Shown here: in pieces, positions 49,901-63,808 of the stretch
How the letters are laid out: the number at the start of each line of letters is the position of its first letter
Position numbering within the stretch: the stretch's first letter is position 1
Origin: Eledone cirrhosa
Lineage: Eukaryota
NCBI GenBank assembly: GCA_964016885.1
Contig: OZ024750.1
Coordinates: forward strand, 13,454,001-13,518,000
Length of the DNA stretch: 64,000 nucleotides
Direction of reading: 5' to 3'
Translations under genes and position numbers: made by a program
The notes under the pieces: generated by a model
Told to the model about the DNA's origin: nothing
Databases searched by the model: none
What the model saw: the letters and a program-made list of their open reading frames with translations, nothing else

Positions 49901-52900
49901 CACATTCATTAATACATCAAGCAGCACTGATTTAATATAAGAAAGTGTAAAGCTTTGCTAGAAATAAAAAATTTACAACTTCTGATGATACTAATTAAAC
50001 TACTTCAATTCATACCATACGTTTTTCTTTCTTTTGCTATATACTAATGATATCCTTCATTTCCAAACAGTTATCAGTTTTCTATATATTAGATTCAGAA
50101 TGTGTAGTAAGAAGATTATGAAATACACTTAGTAATGCAGTTATATTATAACTTAACTCTTAACATCCTGTAACGATTTACAGAAAATAGCTAAAAATGG
50201 ATTTATCAATTTAAATGTTTATAGTATCTTTACTTTCTTTACTTTGTGAAAATTTGCAATATTAATGTAAACACTTTAACTTTTAACACGGTTCAGACAT
50301 TGTATGGTTTTATGATTTTCAATAATTGCTAGTGTGGTTTCATGTGGTACAGGACAGCAATTGAATTTCAACTGACATAGTATTTACAAACTTAAATTTT
50401 CTAATAAAAATAAGACACTTCATAACTTTAAAAAATGTCGATGAAATTCCTCCAAAGTGTAAGCAAGCAATTTTCTCTCTTATAAAGCCAAAGGAAAATA
50501 AATAATGCTTTTGAAATGTTAAAGATTTCATGGAGTTAACTTAGAAAAGATCTAAAAAACCGAGAGCTATAGGACATCTCAAAGAACATTCTATGTTTAT
50601 TGAGTGATTAGGCAGGTGAAGAAACAGCAAAGGACATGGTGATAATGATTAGAAATGTTTGGGTGAAGCAACAGATAATGTAAGAGATTTTCAAAAGCAA
50701 CTGAAATCTTAAAGGAGATTCTATATAAGCACAGACACCACTTTAGAGTGCAGTTAGGTCATAGAATATGAGGTTTATTAGGTGAGGGATTAGATCAAAG
50801 AGAGGAGGAAAAAATTCCTATTGCATTTCTTTTAACATTTGAAAAATATTATATCAATGTACTTTTACCTCTATAAAAATCCTGCCCTTTATAAATCCCT
50901 GATAATCCACCAATACGGACACCACCAAACTGAACAATAGAAGCATAACCTATAACAGAAAGCAAAAACATTACATTATCATTATCACTTTATGACTGCT
51001 TTCCATGCTGGCATATGGTGGATTGGTTGTCACGGACCGAGTCAGTTCTTATTTGGAGTTACTGCCCTCCTAGACATCAATGTTGCATGCACGTTCCATT
51101 TTTGGTATGGTTTCTACAACTAAATGCTCTGCCTAATGCTAAACACTTTACAGAATGTACTGAGGTCATTTTAAAATTGCACTAGAGAATTTGTTATATT
51201 TTCAACATGACTAAAGAGTCCTCTCTACCCTACGGTGTCTCCAAGAGAGAGAATCAAGACAAGCAGATGAGAGAAATGGAGTGATGAGGGTGAGATGAGA
51301 GAGTAATGAAAGAGAAACAAATACAATAGGTATCACTATGAATTTTTGAAAATATTTAAATCTAACTTTTGTATTTTTTCTTGGAGACCATCCAAAATGA
51401 AACATTTTGATGTGTCATTTGTGAAATTTAGATGAATATTTTAAGAAATATGACAATTTGAATGCTCAGCGAATTCATTGAAATCTTGCCTAATTAGGCC
51501 TAAATAAATAATTAGCCATATTTGTGATGTCATATCTTTGAAACTGAGGTGATAATCATCTTCAAATTATACAAATTAATAATGTCCATGGGGTAGCAGC
51601 AACCTATTTTATTCAGGTTCTTGAAAATGAAACTTCTTTTTGGAAATTTATTAAATATTTATGTAAAGCCTACTTTGTTGCATGTATCAAACAGTCAATT
51701 TTACAACGCAAGTGTAAGCTTTTCATGTGTCTTCAGTCCTAGCTAAATCGAAAAGTACAAGTCTCAAGACTTGAGTTTTGACACATTTGTAGTAGGTATA
51801 GAACTAAATAAATTGTGAGATTTTGGGATACGATACCATTTCAATAAAATGTTAATGGACAATTAAAAATGGCTATAAACAAATTACAGTGATTAAAGAC
51901 TGTCACAAGCTTTTCATGCATCTTCAGACATGACTATATTGTGATCCATTATCTGTAGAGGGCTCAGATTTGATACACTGGTACAGGGTATAAAAATGAA
52001 TCCTCTTTGAAAACATGTTCTTTTCTAAGTGAAAATTAACAATAAAATTTTCACTTTTATATTTCATAATGATTATCTGACCAATCTCTATTGATTTTTA
52101 TATCAAAATAAAGCAAAAAAAAGTCCTCTTTGTGACTGTATTATTTTCAACACAAATTGAGTTATAATGCTCCAACGTATTGAACAAGAACTAGCGCTAC
52201 CGTTTAGCAGTCAAAACAGGACAAACATTGTAAGTGGGTGAAAATACTAGGGTGATTGACGGGATCTAGCATGATATGTGTCAGATTGTGATCGAAAGTA
52301 TATGAGAAGAAAGTTCATATCCATGGAAAAAAACGTATTTTGACATGAAAATGATCAAACAAAAAGTGGATTTTTGCATGGTGAAACTGTGCTTGTCACC
52401 CTTTTTCAGAGCCTAATTATAGGCAGTTTCATGCTGGTTGGTAAAGAGTTTGAATAGAAAAACAAAAACATTGAAATAGGAGAAAACAAAAGATTTCAAT
52501 ATCAAAACAATCAATGATTAGCAATATTTCTTTAGTATTAACATGATTGATTAACTTACCAAGATAGTATATATTTGGGGCCAACCAACCACCGTAAGGT
52601 AATTCTTGCATATAATTGGAAGCTTCATGATTCCCACCAATAATAATTGTAAGAACTGGAGCAGTTTTGTCCCCATTATAATACCTACAAAAAAATATCT
52701 CTAACATCAATAACTCAAAATTTTTAAATGACCAACTGCTTTTAAAATAATAACCATTAAGTAAAAAATAGATTTTTAAATTGTTGAAAGTAAATAATAA
52801 TTTTTTATAAATATTTCTCAACCTTTGTTCCCAAATTAAGTTACACCTGCTCTGCTTTTCAGTGCTAATTTTTTTATTATTTGAAATTAGTAAAACCTGA

Positions 52901-53133
52901 TGATTAGTATTTTTAAACAAGAAAATAAATACATACTTAAAAAATGAATTCATTTTTTGAAATTTCTTTGGAACAGCCATACATTTCATATCACTTTCAT
53001 ATCTGACAGCTTGAAAATCACCACAAATTAAAAGTAGATCAATTTTAATGCTTTCTTTTTTCTCAATAAACTGGATAGTTTCATAAATTTTGTCCAGCTC
53101 GCCATGAGCACAACCTTCAACAGCAATCTTCAT
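46968..53133 (-). CDS. DBR1: RNA lariat debranching enzyme (metallophosphoesterase), 8 coding exons, ~486 aa
   Basis: Exons (minus strand): 53133-52937, 52684-52560, 50949-50869, 49842-49757, 49575-49351, 48712-48635, 47909-47773, 47499-46968 (1461 nt), with consistent phases. Motifs [47 protein letters not shown] and C-terminal KFKRRN. Confidence 0.95.
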
Positions 53134-54714
53134 TTCAAAGTTAGACTAAAACTGAAATAGAAAATGGAATGGTTATTATATTCATAACAATATTTATTTT
53201 TTGTTTGATCATCACCACCATTTACTTAGTGGTTCAACAAATAGAGATCAAGAAAATAAGTACAAGATGGCACCCAGCATAGATGCAATCCAATGATAGT
53301 GTGTATGTGCACCACCAGATTTTTATTTTTCACACAATGCACCCAAATACTTTTGTTTTATCATATAAATAACCAAGTAGGTTCTAGTTATTGAATACAG
53401 TTGAGATCTAGAACAAACTATCCTAAAGTTGAAGACTTAATAACTTCTAGAAGGAACATATGAAACTAATTTGGGGAAAAAATGAATAAAAACAAGCACT
53501 TGCTGAAAATTTGGAACAAATGCTTCTCATTGTCAAAGGGACCTAAAACATAAGATAGACTAACCTATGCTCCTTAAAATATATTTAAAGTGTACACTTA
53601 GCTTACTTGAATTAAAATTAAATTTATGACATACATGAAGGGGAATCTTTTTTAAATTAGTGAGTTTAATTATTCTTTCCAAATTACATTTATCATCATC
53701 ATCATAATAATAAAGTGGATAGCATTAGAAAGAGTATCCAGCCATAGAAACCATGACAAAGCTAGAATGTATGTAAGCTAAACTTGGTCCCTTAGCTAAT
53801 GTAGGAAGACAATAGCTCTAATTAAATATTGCTAGCAAGGAAAGACTAACATAACATAATGTTGATGATAACACTAGTAAAACGTGGTGAAGTAGGAGAA
53901 AATGTAAATGTGTAAATTATTCATGTTAATTATCTATGAAGATTATTAATAGATTTAGTGCACTAGTCTCATTCTTCTCTCACTTTTTTTCTTATATTTT
54001 CTAAATTCAAATAATGTAACTGAAGACAGTTCTCATGGGGAGTTCTGTTTACAATAAACCGGTTCTAACTGGCAATATTAAATAATTAAGTGTAGTAGTT
54101 TATTAGAATCCATAGCAGACAAAGCCTACAATTTCATTGAGGAGTTGAATTATGTATACTGCTAGTAGTATGAGCTTAGGTATATTTTGGACTTATAACA
54201 AGGGCTGAATCATTGATTAGAATATGTACATAACTGTTGATTTTCTTAACTGTAATAAACTTAGTTTAGGAAGGACTGGACATACTATGCCCCACTTCCA
54301 CTGGCAACTAATAAACAAAAAAGATCTTAAAAAAGAAACACGAGCAATTTTAAACCAAGTAGACGAAGGGTAAATGAATTGTGCATGGCTAAAATTTAAG
54401 TGCTAACTAATAGTTACAATTTAGTGGTTCATACATCAAAGTGCTTAAAAAGTGTGGGTTCCAGTCCAAACTGGTGCTTACTAAAAATGTTTTACTAGGT
54501 TGTACTATTACATTACTAAATGAAACGTTTTTTAGGTTATTAATATAAATATTAATTATATTGGAGAACAGGAAGCTTAATATGGGCTGGGTAATCAGAT
54601 AACTGATCCATTTTAATGATAAATATTAGATAGTACTATGATGCCTCTTCTTAACATGAATTATATTTTTTAAAGTGAGTGAGGAATTAGTAAATATACT
54701 TTAGTTGTAGAATT

Positions 54715-55320
54715 GACATCCGAACGAGTATCCTCCAGCCCAACTAACTTACCCTCCACCTCTGGGTCCTGGCCAACAGGGTGGGGAATATATTGCCTCA
54801 GTTGACGGCGAGGGAGATGCGCTGAAATAGCCACTCCACCTGGCGGGGTTCGCATCTGCAGGCGGCCAACTCCGCCCGATAGCAGTGAGTAGGGATGTGG
54901 TGCAGGAACCAAGAACGCCAAATGTCTCCACTGCAACAGGCTCTACCACAAACCAATCCGAGAGTAGCTTATACTTAGACAGTTTGCCCTCTTTGGCCTG
55001 GCGGGCAACAGAACCTGGGCTGGTAGCTGATCGCACCAGGTTGAGTAGGTGTCACAGCATGTGGAATCCAAATGAGGGGGCTACCCCCGCGGAACGGGAA
55101 GATTGTCTTGCCGTCTGGCTTTTTGCCATCCCCTCGGTCCAGGTCTACTATCACAGGCTGGGAAGGGAAGCCTGTGTCATCCAGACCATGTTTTATGATC
55201 TCGTTGAGAGCAGTATGACGTGAGAGGCGGCCAGCACTGTAACGGCATGACTGGGTGGAACCCGAAAGTACCCACATTGGTACCACAACAGCATTTGTGC
55301 GGTTCACAGACGCGGAGGCC
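54715..55320 (-). mobile_element. CRE-like (RLE endonuclease) non-LTR retrotransposon, 3' fragment
   Basis: Zn-knuckle remnant 'SCRYSAGRLSRHTALNEII', 'DGKKPDG.TIFPF..G..LIW' and 'KLSKYK...EPVAVETFGVLG'. Frameshifted. Confidence 0.8.
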
Positions 55321-55479
55321 GAGCCTCATTCTTTCAGAATGAAAATATAAACACATAATAAATACAATTAATTATTGCTGGGAACCTTAGAAATACAACA
55401 CACCAAAACATACGATCAAAGCGAGAGAAAGAAAAAAAAAGTAAACAAAAACGACCATCAATCCACCACTAAATGCGAC

Positions 55480-55835
55480 AATCGGCCGCACATCACATGA
55501 GTCAACGGTAGTTTTTGAGGCAAGCCAACAGACTCACCGTAAGAGATGGCGAGGCTAAAGCGCTGAAACAAGCAAGTAACCTCACAGACATCACTTGACA
55601 CCCCAGTAAGGCGAGCCGCCAACGATGACAAGAACTTCGCTGTCAACGATACGACTCCACCAAACGTTTCGCACGCCACAGGTTGAAAAAATAATTGTTT
55701 GATAGTTCCCGGCAACGGAAGCAGTGATCGTCACATTTATCGACTTGCTGAGCAATAATATATACATCAGCAAATAAAGAGTTCTGGCAGACCATCCGCC
55801 GACCTCCTCCATATCTGCTATCAGGAATGCGTCTG
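55480..55835 (-). mobile_element. Second, different CRE-like RLE retrotransposon fragment
   Basis: 'FFQPVACETFGG...FLSSLAARL...LFQRFSLAI..G' is the RLE C-terminal motif. Confidence 0.7.
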
Positions 55836-57527
55836 GGGTTCTCTTCTTTTCAGAGAGGTGGAGAGAATACTTTGCTGATCTCCTAAAACCGATAACATCT
55901 TCTGATGTAGACGGGGTGTATATGGGAGCGATGACTTATCTCACGGATGCTGAAGGCGAAAGTTGCATAGAAGTTTCAGTTCAGCTCTTCCAAAAAAACA
56001 CGCAGAGAAAATGTCAAGAATAAACGCGCTTATTTAGGAGAAAACTGTCATCTTTAACTTTTTAACAATTATCCTAAATACTATTTATTTAAAATAAATG
56101 ACTGCATTATGCAGTGGCTAGTTGCTTTTAATGAAAACCGATACTAAAATTTGTATTTAGAAATAGCTATCATTAATATATTATGAAGTACGCATTAGAA
56201 GTTGAGTAAAATTGGATTTATATTTTAAATAAGTATTAAAGAGGGAGAGGTTAGAAATTACAGCCAAATATCTCAACTGATACTTCCTTATCTTTAAAAA
56301 AAACAGGATCACGTTGGATGATATAGTTTTGGGTGTGTTGTGCCTGAGAATAGGGCAGGATGGTCACAACTGGAATGTTTTAATCATACGGCAGCTCACT
56401 CAGAATTACGTACATAACTTGTGAACTCGTTATGCCTACACGATGGAGAGCAAATTTTTACAAGAGTCAGTAAAATAGCTTTTGTTTAATTTTTTTCTCT
56501 TTTGTATCTGAGATTTTCTAAATTACAGTTGTTTAATTTCAAATTATTAAATAAACGTCAGCAATTAAGATTAAGAAGGATGACAGTAGAAAGGCGGCAT
56601 TCGCAGTAGAATTATATATAGAAAATGACTACTTATGATAATAGAGAGACGTTAATTGAATACAGGGACGAAATAAAGAGAGGTATTTCTAAAAATAAAT
56701 TAATTTCATGATAACAAAAAATTTATGATTACTTACAAAGTGAAATCTCAAACTTAAGTATACAAAGCAGAGCCAACATTCTGTTTTACGAAACTAATTT
56801 TTGTTTTCGTATTTTTGTGAATGCTTCTTACACGTAGAAATGAATCGAACCATCCATTTAGTCTATACGAAGACAATTTGTTTGTGCTTTCGTTCTGTAA
56901 GCATTATATTATTATATTTCTTTTTATACAACTGTGAATAAATAGTACTTAAAACATTCCCAAAGTGTCATCCGCCAAACTCATGTAAGGAGTCAGCGGA
57001 AGGAAAATGGTTTTGAGATAAAAGTGAAGAAATGATATAAAAAAAATATAATACTTTGGAAGTAAGTTATGAATACAACATCATTATAGTAAATATAAAA
57101 TTAATGAAAATATTTCAATTCATATTATTAAAATCTATGCATTTTTGCTTAAATTTTAGTCCTTAAATATTCATTTCCTAAATACACTAACATTTTAATT
57201 TTTGATTTTTGATTTGGCGTTCTGAATTCGCTTGCCAGGTATTGTTCTGCCACGTATTTATTACTTTTTCTGCTTTCTGCACCAATCATTTATCTTTTTC
57301 TTAACAATAACGGGTACTAGGTATTCCGCCTAAAATCTGCCATGGCTTACTAGCTCTATGCGGACGTTTAAATTGATTAAATAAATAAACATATAGCCAG
57401 AGATTTTCTGTTAAGATTTTGTAAGAATTCAAGATGGATCGTTGCCTTAAAAAGAAAGAAATAGATGCATCGCCTGAGTCTGGCCTTATTCATTGTTACA
57501 GTTCACATAAGCTTGTGATATTCCGTA

Positions 57528-57559
<32 letters not shown>

Positions 57560-59476
57560 GACCAACAACCTCTCCAGTGCTGGTGCCACGAAAAACAGTA
57601 CACTCTGTAAGATGGTTGGCAATAGGAAGGTCCTCTTGCTGTAGAAACCTGAATTTACATATACAAAATTCTTGCAGATACGTGGGAAAGAGATAAAGTG
57701 ATGCCCCATTCATGTTGCAATATTTCCTTTTATTTCACTCACAAATCATTTGGAATTTATGGTTACAGATCAATTGGGTTCGTTTTCATTTTATTGGCCC
57801 TGTTGGGGGAAGTTAGACAAATGTCTAACCATCTTTGTGCCAGCTCTTTACATTATGAATTTAAATGAGCACCCAGGTCAAATTTGCCTTTCATCTTGTT
57901 GAAAGTAAAAATTATTTTATTGCCTTGAAACCTTCATTTTCATTCTGTTCATTCATTTTATTAACTTCATTGTCCTATTATATACAGAGATAATGGAAAT
58001 TCAGTGATATGTAATGAATGCTTAAATGAAATAATGCCATCATCATCATTTTTTAATATCCATTTTCCCTGCTAGCAAGGGTTTGATGGGTTTTCACAGA
58101 CTGAGTCAGTGTTCAAGTGGGGCTACTGACCTCTCAGTGGGGACAGGGGCTTGCATCTCATACAATCATGTGCTCTATCAAATGTATTTTATTGTGTCAC
58201 CAACATTGGTATGATCATGTGATACACATAAATGATGATTGTTGGGTGAAGAAGTACTAAGAAATCCCTGTGAAAGAAAATTACAATAAAGGGAAACTGA
58301 GGAAGATTTGGGCTGAAGTTGTGAGAGCAGATTTCAAATCACTGAAGTTCACAGAGATGACGTAGGACTGTAATTGGGAAAGGCTTGTCCAACCCATACA
58401 AGCATGAAAAAATGGACATAAAATGATGATTATATTGCACATTTCAAGATGTCTCATGTCATAAGTAAATGGGCATTTCTTCACAAGTCCTTCAAATGTC
58501 TCCCCATTTTTTTTTAAAATTTATTAAAACGTTGCTCTTTGTGCTTAGATTTTAGACAGTAGCCGTCTTCCGACTTTTCTATTCATTTGGTATGTATTGG
58601 TTTAATCCCATTACTGAAGCTTCTTTTCACTGTACAATAAAGAGGTCCTATTCAACTACTTCAGTCCCTACATTGTATTGCTAGCATGTAGTTCAAAGTT
58701 GCAACACTAAAACAACAGCTATCTTGCAGCTGCTTAAGAAAAGCAGAGAACCACATATTCAGTAGAACTATTTTTCATCCTTCCTACCTATCCATCCCAC
58801 AAGGTAGAGAGGATTCTTCAGTCAAGTCAATCACCAACTTCCCTAGTACTGGTATCATGATATAATGCACCCAGTACATTCTGTAAAGTGGTTGATGTTA
58901 GAAAAGGCTTCCAGTCGTAGAAACCATACCAAAAGGGGCTAAGAGGATCCTTCAGTCACACTGGAAGGTGGTTGGTGATGGGAAGCGTATCTAGCTATAG
59001 AAACCATACCAAAAAGGGTTGAAAGGATTCTGCAGTTGTATCAAGGGCACCTCACTAGTGTTGGTGATACGAAAGGTATCCAACTGTAGAAAACTTGCCA
59101 AAGGGTATGAGAACACTTCAGTTGTGTCCAAGACATGACCTCCATAGTGCTGTAATTGAAACATATTTGGTAACAACTTATCACCTTGCCAAAATTTACT
59201 TGGTTAATTGGAAAAATAATTGACGTGCCAGAATTTACACTATTTAATCCAGCTGTTTATGTACTGAATTCAAACTTTACTGAGGTCGATTTTTGCCTTT
59301 CATTTTTGCAAGGGTCAATAGAATAAAGTACCAGTCAAGTACTGTGGTTGGCTTAATCAACTTTTCTTTCTCCCCAATTTTGAAACCACTATGTTATCCC
59401 ATACTCAAATGTGTATACTTTCTGTTATCCTCAAGAGCAGTAGTCACTAAGTAACAACTAGCCCTATTGGTTTTAA

Positions 59477-59641
59477 CCTTTTGGCATTTACATTGCTCTA
59501 TGTATACTATGTATGAAATCTATGAGATTTTGATATTATTCATTTTGAGAACAATACCTTGACATCAGTTTGAGCAGCCGGTTACAGCCAGTTTGAACAG
59601 AAAAAGGTGAGTAAATTCTGGCTGGATTAAATGCTAAAGGG
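59477..59641. mobile_element. piggyBac-type MITE (opposite orientation to the 30-31 kb copies)
   Basis: TTAA|CCTTTTGGCATTTA ... TAAATGCTAAAGGG|TTAA. Confidence 0.85.
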
Positions 59642-60812
59642 TTAATGAACAGAAATGAAAGTTGTACCACTAACATCTTTCTCAGGCATTAATGACTATG
59701 TGAAATGGAACTAAAATAAGATCATAGACACGAGTTAATGAAAGCTTATTTCTGTTTCACATGTTTCACAATCAATCAAATATTTCCTAGACTCTGAAAG
59801 CTGATGCTTAATTCTAGTTTCATAGTGCATAACAAATACATTTATCGAATCTAATTTGAACAAAATTCTTCTGTCCAAAGAAGTCAGTTAATGCTGGTTC
59901 TTAGCTAATTTTATAGATTAGATGGGATATCTATCGAACATGAGTAGACCATGCCAATAGAAGTCCTCAAAACTTCTACCAGCTAGAAATGGCAAACAAA
60001 TCTACCTCAAATCACACGATCCTTTGATCATAGTTCACCTAGAGTTAATCAACTCAGTTCTACATAAGAGAATGTTTCCACTTAATTGTTTACATTAGAT
60101 CCTTGATTGATTTGGTTAATATGAGGTTGTCAAATCAAGATCAATGAGTTGTCATTGCAATCTGCACCTGTTTTGTCAATTTCTGACATCTTTCATCTTG
60201 GAAGAAATGTTTGTCTGTAAGGTATCATTAAATGGTTAGGAGTAAAATTTAAAATACAGTTGTCTGGGAAGATCACTAAGAAGGTAATCATTTCTTTTTC
60301 GTATTTGTTTACAAGGAGTTTTAGAAGCTTCTGACTAAATAAAAACTTGCAGTTAAACAGAAAATACTTGACAAAATATTTCAAATTAGAACACTTGTTT
60401 TCTTTTTTATAAGCACATGGTGTGCCTCATAGCAGAGAGGAAATGAGTTAGCTGGAACAATCACCATTTAAATTAAATATTTACAATATAAAATGAAATT
60501 TTATTGTTTGTTTTAGTCATATTGGCTAAGGCTTTGCTGGAGCATCACCTAACGAAAAATATAAAGGAAAATTTGGTACATCACATTGCTGCTTTCAATA
60601 TTTCTATGCAATAATAGTGATTTCTGATTTAGGCACTAGACCAGCAATTTAGTAGAAGAGAAAGTTAAATCATCACCAGTATTTAATTTTACCAAGATGA
60701 AAAACATAATAACAATTTCTTTATTAACCACTTGGGCCATGAAGGGCATAACCTGCTAAGAAAATGTCCATAGGTGCCCTGGTCATTCAGTTGGTTATTT
60801 TTTTACAATAAC

Positions 60813-61744
60813 CTGTCTCGAGTTTGGGTAGAATTTTTATATTTCATGTCATTCAATGAATTTGACCTCCATCAGAAATGTCTTGCTTTTCAGATATCAG
60901 AGAGCAAAGAATATTTTTAAAAACATTTAAACAAATTCAAATACTCTTATTTGACAAGAAGCCACACACATACTGGTGCAGGGTTAGCGATTAAGGTTAA
61001 GAAATTTCAGATGGCTTTGAAAGTAGGATTCATTTAAAACACCAAAAACGTAGAATTGTAATGAAATCTCCAAGGTTGCAGCTGAACTATCAGATATGTA
61101 AAAACTAATAATTTCCAACGGGTTTAGAGGTCAGATTTGTTGAAAACAGAAAAAAAAAAAATTACCAGAACCCAAGATAGGTGTTTTTCTTTATTATTTT
61201 TTTTTTTAGAATAACTTTTATGTCGATAGATATATATTAAGAATTTTTGTGATCATAGAGTAATAGACACTTTAAAGTGCTGGAATATTTCATCTATCAA
61301 ATCTTGTCACAGCCATCATATATTTATGATCTTGAACCAATGAAAAACAACATCAGGTCGATCGTAAGTTGCCAATGAATAGCGTCATTTTAGTTTTTTG
61401 TTCTCATTTGAAACCAATTTAAATCACTCTTCACAAAGACGTAAAAACACAATCTCATCATCTTCTCTATAATTTCTTGTCCAGATGTGTTTATTTTAAA
61501 TGTTTTTTGACTAAATCAGGAAGAGGTATGTTGCACACAATCTAGTCGAAGACCTCATCATTCAATTTTCTCTCGTTTTTAAAATATATTAAAAAACCCT
61601 AACCAGAAATTCCTTATATTTACAAGAATTGACAAGACACCATAGGACAGATTTTAAATGTTTAGATATCGAAATAGATTTAACAATTAAGCGATACCAA
61701 TTGCTTTTCAGGAAATACAAAAAAATCTCAGAATAACAAAGAAG
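60813..61744 (-). pseudogene. Possible decayed coding sequence of unknown identity
   Basis: A 579-nt exon-like block (61744-61166; ttttag|...CTG|gtaatt) reads in one frame with 9 stops and protein-like composition. Further broken frames run to a donor-like site at ~60812. No family recognised. Confidence 0.3.
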
Positions 61745-62103
61745 CTAAAATAAGCAAATCTTATAATTCATTAAATTTTGATTAGCCATTCAGCTTATTA
61801 CATTTAAACCCCTCTAGAGTGAGTTTTTGTCTACTAATCGCTTGAATAACAGCAGCCGATCGAAGTTTTTGTATTTAGTATGTAGATCGATGCCCTGAGA
61901 TATTAACCTTTAGCCATATTGTCTTCGCCTATTAATTCCTAGGAGGGTCGTGGGGGCAGGTCCTGACAGAATCAATCATTTCCAATTGATCCAGCTGGAT
62001 CCCCAAACCATTGTCGATCTTCTATTCCTGTGGCACTTTTAAACTGAGTAGAATATGCTTCGCTGATGCATAAAAAGGTTGCCGGATTTATTAGTAATTC
62101 GAC

Positions 62104-62485
62104 TAAATAACTAATAATTGTTTCTACTTTTGGCACAAGACCAGCAATTATCCCAGTGCATTAATGGTACTTTATTTATCGACCTCGAAAGGAAGAAAGG
62201 TAAAGTTAACCTCGGCTGGATTTGAACTCAGAACGTAAAGGGCCGTAACTCCGTGTTGATAACCCACCGCCTTAAATAACTAATAATTGTTTCTACTTTA
62301 GGCACAAGACCAGTAATTTTGGGGGAGGGGAAAGTCGATTAAATCGACCCCAGAGCGTGACTGGTACTTTATTTTATCGACCCCGGTCGGATGAAAGGCA
62401 AAGTTAACCTCGGCGGGATTTGAACTCAGACCGTAAAGGGCCGTAACTCTATGCTGCTAACCCACCACCCTTAAATAACTAATAA
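62104..62485 (-). mobile_element. Two tandem tRNA-derived SINE copies
   Basis: Two 5'-shortened copies, separated and flanked by the direct repeat TAAATAACTAATAAT (~62104, ~62273, ~62472). Confidence 0.85.
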
Positions 62486-63359
62486 TGATGCCAACAATTA
62501 TTAAAAAAGCGGATGTATTGTACTTTTCCCAGCAGGAACTATTAGACTTTTGTAAACATTAAGCAAATATTTCTTCAAATGAATTAAACGAGAAACGTTT
62601 GTTAGCAGGGGAAACGCCAGCACTTGAGTAGATGACCGACAGTTCGGTTTCTACGTATCACTGAGTACAACGAACAATTAATGTATTCTCCAATTATTGA
62701 AATTCATTAACTTTAACATTTTCACCGCCTAAAATAATTGGAGTGGTAATCAAATGAAGTAATGTTAGTTCTCTTATTAGGACTTCCATTCAAATACGGC
62801 ATTATCACATTGTCCAAACTCACGGCAGATCACCTTTTACTCAACAATAAATTATTGTATTTTATAGGCGATAAAGTACACTGATTCTTGTATATAATTA
62901 AATCATACGAATGGCAAATAATGTACAGCATATTTACATATAACGACATTATCTGTAAAACATACCAGCAACTAACGGCACAGCAAAAGAAAACAGTTAC
63001 AAAAATAAAACATTAACCTGAAAATCGACAATCCAAATAAACTAGTTAATAGAAAACAATCATTCCCATATTCAACTAAAAACTGACAATAATACATAAA
63101 AAGGTAAAATTTTTCGCATGTTAAAAGAAAATATTAAACTAACTCCACAAAACCGAGACATGCGATTCTAATTCTGCAAATCAAATATTAGAATATAAAC
63201 AAACCTTAAAACCAAAGGGAAATATAACTTGAAATTATTATCATGAACTTGAGGTATAAATTGCTATGATAGACTTGTAATCTATGTTGGTCTGAAAAAC
63301 TTAATCTAACAGAGCCTTAAGACAGTCCTAATTAGTGAAACGATCACCAAGAGGTTTAA

Positions 63360-63432
63360 TGGTGACGTTTTCAGGTTTGTGAGTTACGTCACTTCCTTTA
63401 CAAAACAGAAACGCAGCGGAAGTTCCGCCGCT
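63360..63432. promoter_or_regulatory. Promoter-like motif cluster
   Basis: TGACGT, TTACGTCACTTCC (CRE + ETS) and GCGGAAGTTCCGCC in a locally CpG-rich patch, a similar grammar to 6200-6480. Confidence 0.4.
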
Positions 63433-63618
63433 TGACTCCAATGTAATTTATCTCCTTTGCTTGTTGTTTTCGATTGTTAACACTTTAAGGATGAAATATT
63501 TTCTACTAATTGCTTAAATAACCGCAGCCGACCGAAGTTTTCCACCTATGTATTTGTATTTGGTATGTAGAACGCTGCCTTGAGATATTTTCCATTAGCC
63601 ATATTGTTGATATTTATA

Positions 63619-63808
63619 ATAATTGTTTCTACTTTTGGCAAGGCCAGCAATTAACAGTGCATTACTGGTACTTTATTTTATCGACCCCCGTAAGAATGAA
63701 AGGCAAAGTTAACCTCGGCGGGATTTGAACTCAGAATGGCAAGGGCCGTAACTCCATGCGTCAAAGCATGGCGTCCGACTCTCTACCGATACTTCCAATC
63801 CGCCACCC
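63619..63808 (-). mobile_element. Full-length tRNA-derived SINE with target-site duplication
   Basis: Minus-strand A box TGGCGGATTGG and B box GAGTTCAAATCC. TTGATATTTATAAT flanks both sides. Confidence 0.88.

Noticed and set aside
52429-53133. 234-aa continuous ORF at the DBR1 5' end
   Set aside because: It is an in-frame read-through of a 252-nt intron (52936-52685) with canonical splice sites at a conserved position. The intervening translation is not DBR1-like.
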